The translations under genes were made by a program, and so were the position numbers. The notes under the pieces are model-generated. The model did no database searches and was not told where the DNA came from. It saw only the letters and a program-made list of their open reading frames with translations. From Laetmonice hystrix (lineage: Eukaryota), in contig OZ249445.1 in assembly GCA_965235115.1 (NCBI GenBank), positions 806,001 through 870,000 on the forward strand: a stretch of 64,000 bases of DNA. Reading direction: 5' to 3'. Position 1 is the first letter of the stretch; every line of letters begins with the position of its first letter. Below are positions 48,301-61,442 of the stretch, piece by piece.

Positions 48301-51300
48301 ACTGGAGAGATAGGAGAGATTGTGATGATGTTTTGGTCTGACTGTTACAAACTACAGGAGTCACCGTATGGTAATGTGACAGAGATTTGATGACAGGAGA
48401 GATAGGAGAGATTGTGATGATGTTTTGGTCTGACTGTTACAGACTACAGGAGTCACCGTATGGTAATGTGACAGAGATTTGATGACTGGAGAGATAGGAG
48501 AGATTGTGATGATGTTTTGGTCTGACTGTTACAGACTACAGGAGTCACCGTATGGTAATGTGACAGAGATTTGATGACAGGAGAGATAGGAGAGATTGTG
48601 ATGATGTTTTGGTCTGACTCTTACAGACTACAGGAGTCACCGTATGGTAATGTGACAGAGATTTGATGACAGGAGAGATAGGAGAGATTGTGATGATGTT
48701 TTGGTCTGACTGTTACAGACTACAGGAGTCACCGTATGGTAATGTGACAGAGATTTGATGACAGGAGAGATAGGAGAGATTGTGATGATGTTTTGGTCTG
48801 ACTGTTACAGACTACAGGAGTCACCGTATGGTAATGTGACAGAGATTTGATGACAGGAGAGATAGGAGAGATTGTGATGATGTTTTGGTCTGACTGTTAC
48901 AGACTACAGGAGTCACCGTATGGTAATGTGACAGAGATTTGATGACAGGAGAGATAGGAGAGATTGTGATGATGTTTTGGTCTGACTGTTACAGACTACA
49001 GGAGTCACCGTATGGTAATGTGACAGAGATTTGATGACAGGAGAGATAGGAGAGATTGTGATGATGTTTTGGTCTGACTGTTACAGACTACAGGAGTCAC
49101 CGTATGGTAATGTGACAGAGATTTGATGACAGGAGAGATAGGAGAGATTGTGATGATGTTTTGGTCTGACTCTTACAGACTACAGGAGTCACCGTATGGT
49201 AATGTGACAGAGATTTGATGACAGGAGAGATAGGAGAGATTGTGATGATGTTTTGGTCTGACTGTTACAGACTACAGGAGTCACCGTATGGTAATGTGAC
49301 AGAGATTTGATGACAGGAGAGATAGGAGAGATTGTGATGATGTTTTGGTCTGACTGTTACAGACTACAGGAGTCACCGTATGGTAATGTGACAGAGATTT
49401 GATGACAGGAGAGATAGGAGAGATTGTGATGATGTTTTGGTCTGACTCTTACAGACTACAGGAGTCACCGTATGGTAATGTGACAGAGATTTGATGACAG
49501 GAGAGATAGGAGAGATTGTGATGATGTTTTGGTCTGACTGTTACAGACTACAGGAGTCACCGTATGGTAATGTGACAGAGATTTGATGACTGGAGAGATA
49601 GGAGAGATTGTGATGATGTTTTGGTCTGACTGTTACAGACTACAGGAGTCACCGTATGGTAATGTGACAGAGATTTGATGACAGGAGAGATAGGAGAGAT
49701 TGTGATGATGTTTTGGTCTGACTGTTACAGACTACAGGAGTCACCGTATGGTAATGTGACAGAGATTTGATGACTGGAGAGATAGGAGAGATTGTGATGA
49801 TGTTTTGGTCTGACTCTTACAGACTACAGGAGTCACCGTATGGTAATGTGACAGAGATTTGATGACTGGAGAGATAGGAGAGATTGTGATAATGTTTTGG
49901 TCTGACTCTTACAGACTACAGGAGCTCCAGCAGGCTATGGTTGGAGGGCAGGAGGCGCAGAATGAGGAGAAAAAACAACAAAGGGCAAAGAAGAAACGAC
50001 ATGCTGATGAACGGACACGTAAACTGCTCGGTAAGCTGGGTATAAATTAGTTTGTGATTAAAGTAGCAGTTTGCCATTTTGTTGCTGAGATATGTCATCA
50101 AAACTAAATATGGCAGACGAACAAAAAAATGGTAAAAAAATGTGTTTGCTGCAGAACTTCGCAAGCTGGAGGACCGTGGGATCATGCTCCAGGTTTATGA
50201 GAACCTGGAGGAGGAGATCAAGGGGCGAGACCAACAGGTTAATGTACTGGAGGAGAAGGTAGGTAGGAAAATTATAAAGGTATCTCACATTGGAAAGATG
50301 AGCATACATATCTTGTCTTGTTCATCAGCGATGTGTTCTGTGGTCGTGACTCCTGATTCTCCCATTGCAGACTCGTGAACTCCAGGCAGAAGTTCAAGAC
50401 CTTCAATCTGAGTTTGAGTTCGACCGTATTGACTACCTGGACTCGATCAGAAAACAGGAACAACAGATCAAACTGCTGCAGGTACAATCATGTCTCAGCT
50501 GGTCAACATGGGCTGAGGGTCTCTGACTGGATTTGATTGGCTTCGATCTAAATATTTGTTTTCTTTGTAGAACTAGAAATGATTGTGGTTTCAATGGATG
50601 TTACAGGCCCTGTTGGACAAGGTACACCCGTGTTTGCGGCGGGACTGTAACTATGCCAACCTGGACAAAATCAAGGCCCAGTGTGTGTGGGACGAGGAGG
50701 CTCAGCGCTGGAGCCTTCCGAAGATGGTCATCGAGAAAACTAAACTTCCACCTGCTGGTCAGTTACAGAACTTCTCGACTTGGTACCCTGGTAGGGGTGG
50801 CGTGCCGGGGGGGTTGTAACTTTGGTGATTTGTGAACTGATGGTCTCCTGGTTTAATAACATCATGATATAGACAGACCCTGAGCAGCTGGGCTAACTGG
50901 TCCGGGAGTTATGTATCATAAGTAACGGCACACACACACTGCGATTACTTGTCACACGGTGGTCTGACGATGGTCCGTCGCCATGACAATGAGTTGACCC
51001 TGAGCAGCTGGGCTAACTAGTCCAGGAGTTGTGTATCATAACTTAACGGCACACACACACTGCGATTACTTGTCACACGGTGGTCTGACGATGGTCCGTT
51101 GCTATGACAATGAGTGGACCCTGAGCAGCTGGGCTAACTGGTCCAGGAGTTGTGGATCATAACTTAACGGCACACACACACTGCGATTACTTGTCACACG
51201 GTGGTCTGACGATGGTCCGTCGCTATGACAATGAGTGACCTGAAACATCACGTGACTGTCACAGACGTTCTGACAGTGCCAGAACTTCTGTGACCCTCGC

Positions 51301-54300
51301 AGGCTCCATTATGTCTTGTGTAGATGAGCTGGGTTCATATTGCATGCAAGGCAATTGCAAGGTCGCATTGCAAGGCATTGCAAGCAATCGCAGTGTGTGT
51401 GTTGGGCTTTTAAAATAAGTTCTGTACGGAGGTTTAACCTGAGGGGCATATGTTACCAAGCAATGGGAGCCCCTGGAATGATTGTGTCCCAAACGATACC
51501 TTGGACACAATGACACAGTTTACTTCACTTTTCATGCCTTCCCTTTTTAATATTTTTAATATATAGCCAACATCAGTAGGGGCGTGTTAGTATCCACTCA
51601 GCAAGGTATCCATCCTCTCGGTGATGTTTGAGTTGAGACTGAGCTTTGTCTACTTACTGCATACGACATCAAGTATGATCAGTAAGGACTTCACACTGTG
51701 GGACAATCAACAGTTGCCATGTACACGTCCACTATATTGCGGGACATCAAATAACGTTTCTACACATTCTGCAAATCCAGATTCTCAAAATTCTGATACA
51801 CACCATGTGTCTAAAGGTGTGAAACTGGCCATGTGTTTATAAGTCGGATACAGACCCCGTGTTAAATGGTCGAATGCAGACCACATGTTTGAGGTGTTTG
51901 CTGACCTTGTTGAAATGTTTGACCAAAGCTAGGTGTCATTTGCCGGAAGTCAGCAAGCCAGTCCTTTTGATAGATGAGCTTTTTTTTGGTCAATTTTGAG
52001 AAAGATTTCTATTGTCAAAAATGCATGCACATTTCTTGCTTTCCTCAGTCTACGAGGTTTATCGTTGTATGTGCTGGGTGTGTAGGCAGGAGGGTAATAG
52101 ACATCACATAATGCAGAGACGATTTGTATACAAACCTGCCAAACTGATACAGACCTATGAAATCAAACCAGTAAAATAATCTCTCCACAAACAAGGAAGT
52201 CAAAGTAGGTCCCCTTAGATTATCTTTGTTAATCCTGATGCATCCCATGGTGGACGTTTTCGGATTGAATGATTTCAAATACAGATGATATAGGAATTAC
52301 ATTTTGTTACCCGAGTCTGGGAATGTAGAGTTGGGTTTGTGCACCGTTTTCTAGACATGTGAGTTGTTTGCATTGCCTTGATTTAGAAGTTCGTGTATGA
52401 TGCATTAGCTGCACACTCCCGACTCCCCCACCATACCCCCTAGGTCCTACACCCCCTCGACACCTCTATAGGGAGGGTAAGTACGTCAGGTTACAATACG
52501 CGTGATTCCAGTTCTGGTCATTTAACATTGGTAGGTCCATTTACAAACTTTCTCTCAACTTTAACCACAAATATTGTGTTCTTATTTATCAAACCTACTA
52601 TACATCACAACCAACATCTCTTATGTTAGAAAACATACATTTCATAAAAAAGAAAATTTAATTGTAAAAATATATGGAGAGGTGCACATTCGAAGTCTTG
52701 GTTTGGTGTGTTGTAGGTGTGATGCCGGGAGGACGGCAGGATGATCCGCGACGTCCAATGAATGGAGACCTCCACGCCAGTGTCTACGACGACCTCCGCT
52801 CGGAGGACAGGTTCCTTCAGGTAAACAAAAAGTTCGGGAGAGAGCAATTTATATAGTAGGTGAGATTGGTTGTTTCTATCTGACATCTAGAGAACTGAAT
52901 GAGGTTCGTAACTATGGCGATTTGGTCAATGTCAGTGGAGGAAATAAGACCAATTTGTAACATTTTTTTATTATTTTGACCGTTTTATGTATGTGTGACA
53001 GAAATTACAGAACAGTTCTGAGCAAGACCTCGCAAAGGATTACTTCCGGCCAACACGGCCAGGCCAGCTACTCACCATGACGCAGGATGACAGATATAAC
53101 CGTCGTAAGTCTAGCCCCAGGGCTTCTTCCCAAGGTCACTCCTCTCAAGGTCATCCCTCGCCCACAAGTAGGTCACAACCCCAGCTACTGCTTGCTGCCT
53201 TTCTATCTTCATTCGTACAAACATTATGTATAAGTGTTGTAGAACATTTGTCGCCTTGGTTACCACTGTCCAATCACTGATGTCCACACATCCAGACAAA
53301 TCCCCCGTAACAACTACCATTACAATGTAGTCAGGCCTTGGGGTTGTCACAGTGAAGGATTTATTTTAAACCTCCAACCATGGAGAGCTGTAGCACATAA
53401 TATAGTGTGCAGCCTGAGAATGGTTGAGCTTTATGTTTATAATAGTGTCAAACAGAATGTTATACCTAAAATTGAAAGGTATAAATCCATTTGATATATT
53501 ATATAGGTGTCAATCTTTTTCTGTTTGACCTTTGAAACGACTAGAGAATGTTCCTGAACCAGCTGCCGGACCATCAGCGCCACCTGTTGGCAGTCCACCA
53601 GCCCCTATTACAGGAACTCAAGGTGACACCTGGTGGTCAGGAGTTGAACTCACTCACCTGTGCTCCAGTTGGGGCCGTTAATTGAGTATCTGATCGCTGG
53701 CATGAACTGTACAGGTCACTGTGCATACTTGACCTATTTGTTAGGTCGTCCATGGCTTTGTTCAGCTCTTGACCTCTGTTAGGTCGTCCATGGCTTTGTT
53801 CAGCTCTTGACCTCTGTTAGGTCGTCCATGGCTTTGTTCAACTGTTGACCTATTTGTTAGGTCCTCCATGACTTTGTTCAACTGTTGACCTCTTTGTTAG
53901 GTCCTCCATGACTTTGTTCAACTGTTGACCTGTTTGTTAGGTCGTCCATGGCTTTGTTCAACTGTTGATTTGTTAGGTCGTCCATGGCTTTGTTCAGCTG
54001 TTGACCTTTTTGTTAGGTCGTCCATGGCTTTGTTCAGCTCTTGACCTTTTTGTTAGGTCGTCCATGGCTTTGTTCAGCTCTTGACCTCTGTTAGGTCGTC
54101 CATGGCTTTGTTCAACTGTTGACCTCTTTGTAAGGTCGTCCATGACTTTGTTCAGCTGTTGACCTTTTTGTTAGGTCCTCCATGGCTTTGTTCAACTGTT
54201 GACCTGTTTGTTAGGTCGTCCATGGCTTTGTTCAACTGTTGACCTCTTTGTTAGGTCGTCCATGACTTTGTTCAGCTGTTGACCTTTTTGTTAGGTCCTC

Positions 54301-56378
54301 CATGGCTTTGTTCAACTGTTGACCTGTTTGTTAGGTCGTCCATGGCTTTGTTCAACTGTTGACCTCTTTGTTAGGTCGTCCATGACTTTGTTCAGCTGTT
54401 AACCTTTTTGTTAGGTCGTCCATGGCTTTGTTCAACTGTTGACCTTTTTGTTAGGTCGTCCATGGCTTTGTTCAACTGTTGACCTGTTTGTTAGGTCGTC
54501 CATGGCTTTGTTCAACTGTTGACCTGTTTGTTAGGTCGTCCATGGCTTTGTTCAACTGTTGACCTCTTTGTTAGGTCCTCCATGGCTTTGTTCAACTGTT
54601 GACCTGTTTGTTAGGTCGTCCATGGCTTTGTTCAACTGTTGACCTTTTTGTTAGGTCGTCCATGGCTTTGTTCAACTGTTGACCTGTTTGTTGGGTCGTC
54701 CATGGCTTTGTTCAACTGTTGACCTATTTGTTAGGTCGTCCATGACTTTGTTCAACTGTTGACCTATTTGTTAGGTCCTCCATGGCTTTGTTCAACTGTT
54801 GACCTATTTGTTAGGTCGTCCATGGCTTTGTTCAACTGTTGACCTATTTGTTAGGTCGTCCATGGCTTTGTTCAGCTGTTGACCTATTTGTTAGGTCCTC
54901 CATGACTTTGTTCAACTGTTGACCTATTTGTTAGGTCGTCCATGGCTTTGTCCAGCTTTTAACCTTTTTGTTAGGTCGTCCATGGCTTTGTTCATTTGTT
55001 GACCTTTTTTTACATGGATTCAATGTTACTGTTAGTTTTTAAAAGAGAGAGTTAGTGTAACAATCAAACTAGTAATAGCGCATTCTCTCAGGCCTCCCGT
55101 ACCGTAGAATCAACCTTCAAATTGTTAACTGACCTTTAGACTGAGAACCAACTTTCTCCATTTTTGTTGACCTCTGCCATTTGTGATCACAAGACAATTC
55201 AAACTGCTTAAACTAAGCGATGTCCATGGTCCGAGAATTTATTTGTTGGTTGTTCATTAGCAATGATTGTTGGCATTTTGGTTTAGTATTCATGTACATG
55301 TACTGTCAGAGATGCTGTCACATCCAGTCTAGAGTGTACATACAGCTGCCATGATAAGAAATCTTACAGTCTACTTGTGAGACATTTACAATAACCTCAG
55401 AAAGACAGGCATGTTAAAATCTTGTAATGTTTTGTCATATTGTGATTGATGTTTGTTATGTATGTAGGTATATGTAACGTAAGGCATGTACAGAGTGGAA
55501 ATCTTGTTGTGTTTATACATGAATGTTAAAGTGATTTACACGTGAGTCAGTGCTAAGTTCACCCCTACTGTTCACCATCTCCTGGACTGGTCAGAATGGT
55601 GACCTCTGACCTTACTCTGACCTCAGTCCAAGGTCAAAGGTTAACCACAGTCATCCTATGAAATGTCCAGCTCAGTTTGGGCAGATTATGTAATGATATG
55701 AGAACACATTTTCTTGACATGCTAATCGAAGGAGGTAAGCTTTATGGTGTCTCGCATCTTTCTCTTGATTTAAGTGTTCACAAAGTACATAGTGTGAACA
55801 TTTTGTAAGGTTTTAGTCAAGGTAGGACTCGGGTATTCAACACGTGAAGTTATTCTGAATAAATTTATCTCTCAAAATTTATTTGCTGTTTGCATGGGGA
55901 ATGTGTTGGTCCGGCATAATATATGATTGTGATTGGGTGAGGAGCATCGCCAAATGGTCGTACTGCGAGCACTAAAGTGTACGTTTAACCATTCAGTAAT
56001 CATCTATATCGATTTACTTGGTCATATGTAATCAAGTGAGTTCAAGCGAGACTTTCTAAGTTAATCTACTGTCCAACTCAAGCTGTTTGCTGACTGAACC
56101 ACAGGATAATTCCTAACAACATTGTTCTCTTACCTTCAGATCTGAATAGCACCAGTCCGAACGGCTCGAGCAGTCTGATTAATGGTAAGGTCACAAGTGG
56201 TGCCCCGTGGCAACCAGAACCTATGTCTACTGACCAGCTCCGAGCTGCACATGTTCACGGACAGATCAGCAACGATGACTTCCCGATGCGTAAACCCACA
56301 CGACTCGAGTCCCTTCCTCAACCCTCGGCCAAGGCCCGCAAGAAGAAACGGCCAGTGAATACAATGGAAGCTATATAA
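36368..56378 (+). CDS. KIF17: Homodimeric kinesin-2 motor (KIF17/OSM-3)
   Basis: Motor exons 36368-36601, 36840-36955, 39025-39194, 39351-39584, 39853-40221 ([60 protein letters not shown]). Stalk/tail exons 42201-42316, 42561-42717, 42964-43011, 43215-43240, 43449-43606, 49915-50030, 50155-50258, 50371-50481, 50607-50757, 52717-52820, 53002-53104, 56140-56378; optional phase-symmetric exons 40932-40973 and 53545-53622. KIF17-type tail motifs [22 protein letters not shown]...KARKKK. Confidence 0.92.
37025..37665. repeat. 39-bp minisatellite, ~16 copies (KIF17 intron 2)
   Basis: Unit gttattgtgagcactgtaggtcatagaaggt(g/a)gaattct. Confidence 0.96.
44250..44372. repeat. 41-bp tandem repeat x3
   Basis: Unit ctttatgttctccaaaccagagttatcaatagtacataaat. 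Confidence 0.9.
44672..47480. repeat. 2.8-kb composite minisatellite of two interleaved modules
   Basis: Module A catgttgtaatcatgagggttagcctcagaccggggtaactcc and module B catgacatgagcatgacacgttgactgcaaacaccactcagactgtgtgctatgt, in irregular BA/BAA order. Confidence 0.95.
48274..49924 (+). repeat. 92-bp array x18 containing the KIF17 acceptor plus 10 nt of exon
   Basis: Exact 92-bp period (48361, 48453 ... 49741, 49833); each unit ends ctgact(g/c)ttacag|ACTACAGGAG and the last copy runs into exon 49915. Confidence 0.97.
50878..51238. repeat. 120-bp tandem repeat x3
   Basis: ccctgagcagctgggctaact... at 50878, 50998 and 51118. Confidence 0.93.
53728..55012. repeat. ~40-bp minisatellite, ~32 copies (last KIF17 intron)
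   Basis: Unit ttgacctNtttgttaggtcgtccatggctttgttcaactg; internal gacct...aggtc inverted pair. Confidence 0.96.
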
Positions 56379-58464
56379 TAATGTCCTTAGATACTGATGT
56401 AGTCGTAGTTTGTTACTGGTAGGAAATGATACTGTCAATCCGTCCAGGTTTGCCTGTTGTTAGCAAAGAATCAAGGTATGAGTAGAAGGTGCCTTGCCTG
56501 AGTGGCAAGGGGTAAATTACTGACGACAAAATGATGTTCAATGAAAAGGTGATAAAGATATTCAATCAAACAGTTTGTGATAATATGCGAGGACCAATTT
56601 ATACCTATGGCAGTCAGGGTTTTTATGTGATGTTAGTTAAAGTAGGGCCACAGAGGACCATATTTGGGATACTTGGAATATTTAGGTGTGACAGTGGTGT
56701 ATTTCTTGTGAACACTTCAGTATTGAGGTAGGCTTAGTATGCAGTAACTGCAATAACAGGATGTGAAACTCGAAATGTACAATATTATGTGAAAGTATTC
56801 CAGAAACTTGGCGGGATTCTATGGAGTAGTTGCAGACTTATTGACTGCATTTGGAAGGAGATATGTTTATAAGGTCAAAGATTTATCATGTTCCCTGTTC
56901 CCAATTGTAAAAATCTTTCTGCTCCTGTGGGTAAAGAATTGAACAACTAACTTGAATGCAGCGTTTAAATGTGGCGTCCCACTTGTTGGAACCTGACGCC
57001 GGCTCGTTGTCGGGCCCGCCAGGAGATGGCGCTGTAAACAGGGGGTACGGGTATTCCATGTGTGTCCATCATTCCACATCCGAGTTCTCTGGGATGTTAT
57101 GGTATAGAAGGTGTATCAATAGTCATCGTAATGGACGACTCGTAAAAATCTTGTTCTCCATGGTGGCAGCACTGTCGCACCGGTCCTCGCTCCAACGTAG
57201 CACAAGCTTAGATAGGACGAGGAAACGCCAAGCTGTGTCCAGATGTGTTAAAACTTTTTGGCATGGAAAATTACAATGTGTAGGGCTTCCTGAACTATAG
57301 AACCTTTAAATGTTACTATATTTCCTGATAATTACAGTTACGGGATCCAGGCATAGATTAGAACTTCGTCGTCCTATCCAAACTATGCTGATGTACTACA
57401 GCAGGGACTGGTACGACAGTGCTGCCGCCAGCAGGCGGATGTGCCTGGAATACCCCATTGCCTTGAGTCTGCCATTAGCTCTTGCAAGATAGACTTGCAT
57501 GTTTTAAAATCTGTCTGGCGTGATTTGTGAACTGTGATAACGCATTTATTATTTTCTGTTGTCTAGAAGTGATATGAAGATATGATATACAGCATTTGTT
57601 CTGTGCCGTACAGTTAACTAGATATATAGAGATCAGCATATCATTGATACTGGGAATTGCCGCTGGATGGCGCTCAAATACCAGAACCAGAGTCATAGCA
57701 AGAAACGGGCGGGGGGGGGGGGGGGGGGGGGGAGTGGTAGGCCATGGTTGTGTAGGTTGAGTTTGGTCATTTTCTTGTAGTGGGTGTAGCACCCCACGAC
57801 ACCATAAAACCTCTTGACAGACCTCCGGTGGATTTGAAAACATAATTTATGTATTGAGGATATGTTAGTAAAGTCATTCATGAAACCTCACCTTGGCTCT
57901 CATATTAGTGTACGCTCTTTCTAAGAAAAGGCAAACTAAAGCTTGTATTAAAAAAAAGAATAACCTGAATTACTTGAGTATTTTAGTGTTTCTATTTACA
58001 TAATATATAATGAAGAAAATGGTCTGGGACGACCCAGAAAAATTCTCTTCATTTGCATTGTACTGAGTATAATTTATTGTGTGCATGGCCTGGGGCCATG
58101 AATAGTTCTTATTGTGGTAAACGAAAACTTGCAATATGTAGAGCTGCATACAGAGTACAAAAATATGCACTTGTTCCATGTACCGGTAATGTATGGCTTG
58201 TAAATGATATAAAAACGATATTGTCATAGCAGTGTCGTTGTAAACAAAATCTGGAAGGACCCTGTGCCTTGGAAGGAGTCAATGGGTTCCAGTATTTTGG
58301 ATAAGGTCAGAAGACCCTTTTCCGTCCAGAAAGAATTTTGTGAAATATCCGAGATCCGAGGTGAGATAGGTAGTGGGTGGGAGGATAGGTGGTCGGAAGA
58401 TCCCCTGCTTGTGTGATAGGTGTGACATTCATATGGTGCTGTGCGTGATACACATCGAAACAGA

Positions 58465-59330
58465 TGATGTGTGGTAGAAAGTTGATTGTAAGGATATAGC
58501 AGCTGGATGTAATCTGTGTCTCCGTGTGTGGTAGAAAGTTGATTGTAAGGATAGCAGCTGGATGTAATCTGTGTGGTAGAAAGTTGATTGTAAGGATATA
58601 GCAGCTGGATGTAATCTGTGTGGTAGAAAGTTGATTGTAAGGATAGCAGCTGGATGTAATCTGTGTGGTAGAAAGTTGATTGTAAGGATAGCAGCTGGAT
58701 GTAATCTGTGTGGTAGAAAGTTGATTGTAAGGATAGCAGCTGGATGTAATCTGTGTGGTAGAATGTTGATTGTAAGGATAGCAGCTGGATGTAATCTGTG
58801 TCTTAGTGTGTGGTAGAAAGTTGATTGTAAGGATAGCAGCTGGATGTAATCTGTGTGGTAGAAAGTTGATTGTAAGGATAGCAGCTGGATGTAATCTGTG
58901 TGGTAGAAAGTTGATTGTAAGGATAGCAGCTGGATGTAATCTGTGTGGTAGAAAGTTGATTGTAAGGATAGCAGCTGGATGTAATCTGTGTGGTAGAAAG
59001 TTGATTGTAAGGATAGCAGCTGGATGTAATCTGTGTGGTAGAAAGTTGATTGTAAGGAGAGCAGCTGGATGTAATCTGTGTGGTAGAAAGTTGATTGTAA
59101 GGATAGCAGCTGGATGTAATCTGTAGAAAGTTGATTGTAAGGATAGCAGCTGGATGTAATCTGTGTGGTAGAAAGTTGATTGTAAGGATAGTAGCTGGAT
59201 GTAACCTGTGTGGTAGAAAGTTGATTGTAAGGATAGCAGCTGGATGTAATCTGTGTGGTAGAAAGTTGATTGTAAGGATAGCAGCTGGATGTAATCTGTG
59301 TGGTAGAAAGTTGATCGTAAGGATAGCAGC
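58465..59330. repeat. 45-bp minisatellite, ~19 copies
   Basis: Unit gtgtggtagaaagttgattgtaaggatagcagctggatgtaatct with small indels. Confidence 0.96.
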
Positions 59331-59554
59331 TGCAAACAACGATCGAGTTGCATCACGGGGCAGGCTATCAAGGAAAATGACCGGGTATATATTATGTGGG
59401 TCTCTGAAAGAAAACAATGAACCTTTCATTGAGAATCTATTTATCTATTGTTTAGGGATCTTTGTGTGCAGGCACATATTTTTAGCCACACGATTTCAGC
59501 ATTCATCGTTTCCTTGTCCTTGTGTGGCACGAAATGTAGATTTCATGTTTACCC

Positions 59555-59985
59555 GCTAATTGACCCGGTTACGGTTGAGGATGCAAACCGCTAATTGACC
59601 CGGTTACGGTTGAGGGATGCAAACCGCTAATTGACCCGGTTACGGTTGAGGATGCAAACCGCTAATTGACCCGGTTACGGTTGAGGGATGCAAACCGCTA
59701 ATTGACCCGGTTACGGTTGAGGGATGCAAACCGCTAATTGACCCGGTTACGGTTGAGGGATGCAAACCGCTAATTGACCCGGTTACGGTTGAGGGATGCA
59801 AACCGCTAATTGACCCGGTTACGGTTGAGGGATGCAAACCGCTAATTGACCCGGTTACGGTTGAGGGATGCAAACCGCTAAATGACCCGGTTACGGTTGA
59901 GGGATGCAAACCGCTAATTGACCCGGTTACGGTTGAGGGATGCAAACCGCTAATTGACCCGGTTACGGTTGAGGGATGCAAACCC
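59555..59985. repeat. 36-bp minisatellite, ~12 copies
   Basis: Unit ccgctaattgacccggttacggttgagggatgcaaa. Confidence 0.96.
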
Positions 59986-60259
59986 AATTTTCACGTCAGA
60001 GTGGTTTATTTAAACAAAACGTCTTTCATGTTTTCATGTAAGGTGGTAAATAAAAGAGACATTTAACAGATCAGAAAGTGTTTATTACATCTCTTACATA
60101 TAAAGGCACGACTGTTAGAACCCCCCCCCCCCCGGAAACTTGTGAAGAATGTGACCTGATCGATCCCGCAAACTACATGATTACTGCATTTCCAAACTTG
60201 CTATATTTTTATGATTTTTAGGGGGTGTGGTGGTGGTGGGGGGGGGGGGTTGATGTGCT

Positions 60260-60905
60260 GATGTCGGAAGTTTATTTGGACCATAACATGGCGCCGTGTT
60301 GTCCGTGGACGATGACCCCGGGAAACACAACCTGAATCATCACGCCATCTGTTGGCATACGCCAGTGTGGGCCAACACGGCCAGTATACCGCAACGCCTG
60401 CTGGCGGAAATTTTGTGAACCCTGAAATGAATTTCCTGTCTGCAAACTTTCACCAGAGGTCGCTTTTGCCCTAGAGTACGGGCATGCGCAGTTTGATAAA
60501 ACCTACTGAGAACGGATCGATTGGGGATCGTAACATGTGCATGTGAAGGTGGTTTGATGAACATGACGCCGTCGACATCTTCTTTCTTGCCATTATTTAT
60601 GCTAAAATGTCACGAGGACGTTCAATATAATTCATATTTTGGGAACTTTTTCTAACCGCACGGCAGGATACGCGTAGTAATAAAAGACGGATTCGTACAG
60701 TGATTTACCGGAGTTAGTGTAGTTCCCACTTAAACCGCTAGGTGTCAGGCCGTAATTTGAGTTCAGAGTTTAAACGATAGATGGCAGCACAGCCTGTTTG
60801 ACGTCATAGTGTGGTGACGTCAGACGGCAGGCCCGGCAGCGTGTTGAGACATGCGAGGGGGTTCCCGCCTCATATTGATGAGCCACCCGTGGTATATAAG
60901 GGCAG
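60260..60905 (+). promoter_or_regulatory. Candidate promoter of the ET-like gene
   Basis: ETS-like CGGAAGT (~60265), YY1-like AACATGGCG (~60283), two TGACGTCA (60799, 60815) and TATATAAG (60893-60900), followed by a candidate non-coding exon ending aaacag|gtaagg (61141). Confidence 0.5.
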
Positions 60906-61442
60906 GCGCCGCTACTTCAACCACACACTGCCGAGACGGATCACAACGATTGCTACTCAGCCCTGGGTTGTATTACATCGACTGCTGGCTCCGAGTGGTA
61001 TGACAGTACTTAGGCATACTATAGCAGGCCGATCTAGACTTCTATAACCGAGACCAGCCTACACTACACTCTACAGACTTGGCCCTGCAGCAGGCTATAT
61101 AGGCCTGGCCTACAGCGCTATTTCCTTTCGGACTTAAACAGGTAAGGATTTAAACGGGCGCCGACATTCCTACCGTTCCGTTGATAAAGATATCCATTGG
61201 TCCACAGAAAATAAATTTATGATGTTCAAAGGCTTTTATAGATAGGCCTATAGGCAGACACGCCCCCCCCCTCCAAGCACAAACACAGAATTTCAAGGCA
61301 GGCCTACGTTAATTATATGGCTACCTAGGCCTAGGCTTAGATCATCATATCTATGTTGTCCTAATTTGATGTGTGTTGATGTTACAGGGTGATGTTTTCC
61401 TCCAGTGACCTTACTCCGCTGCTGTCTGACGGACTGTGGAGG

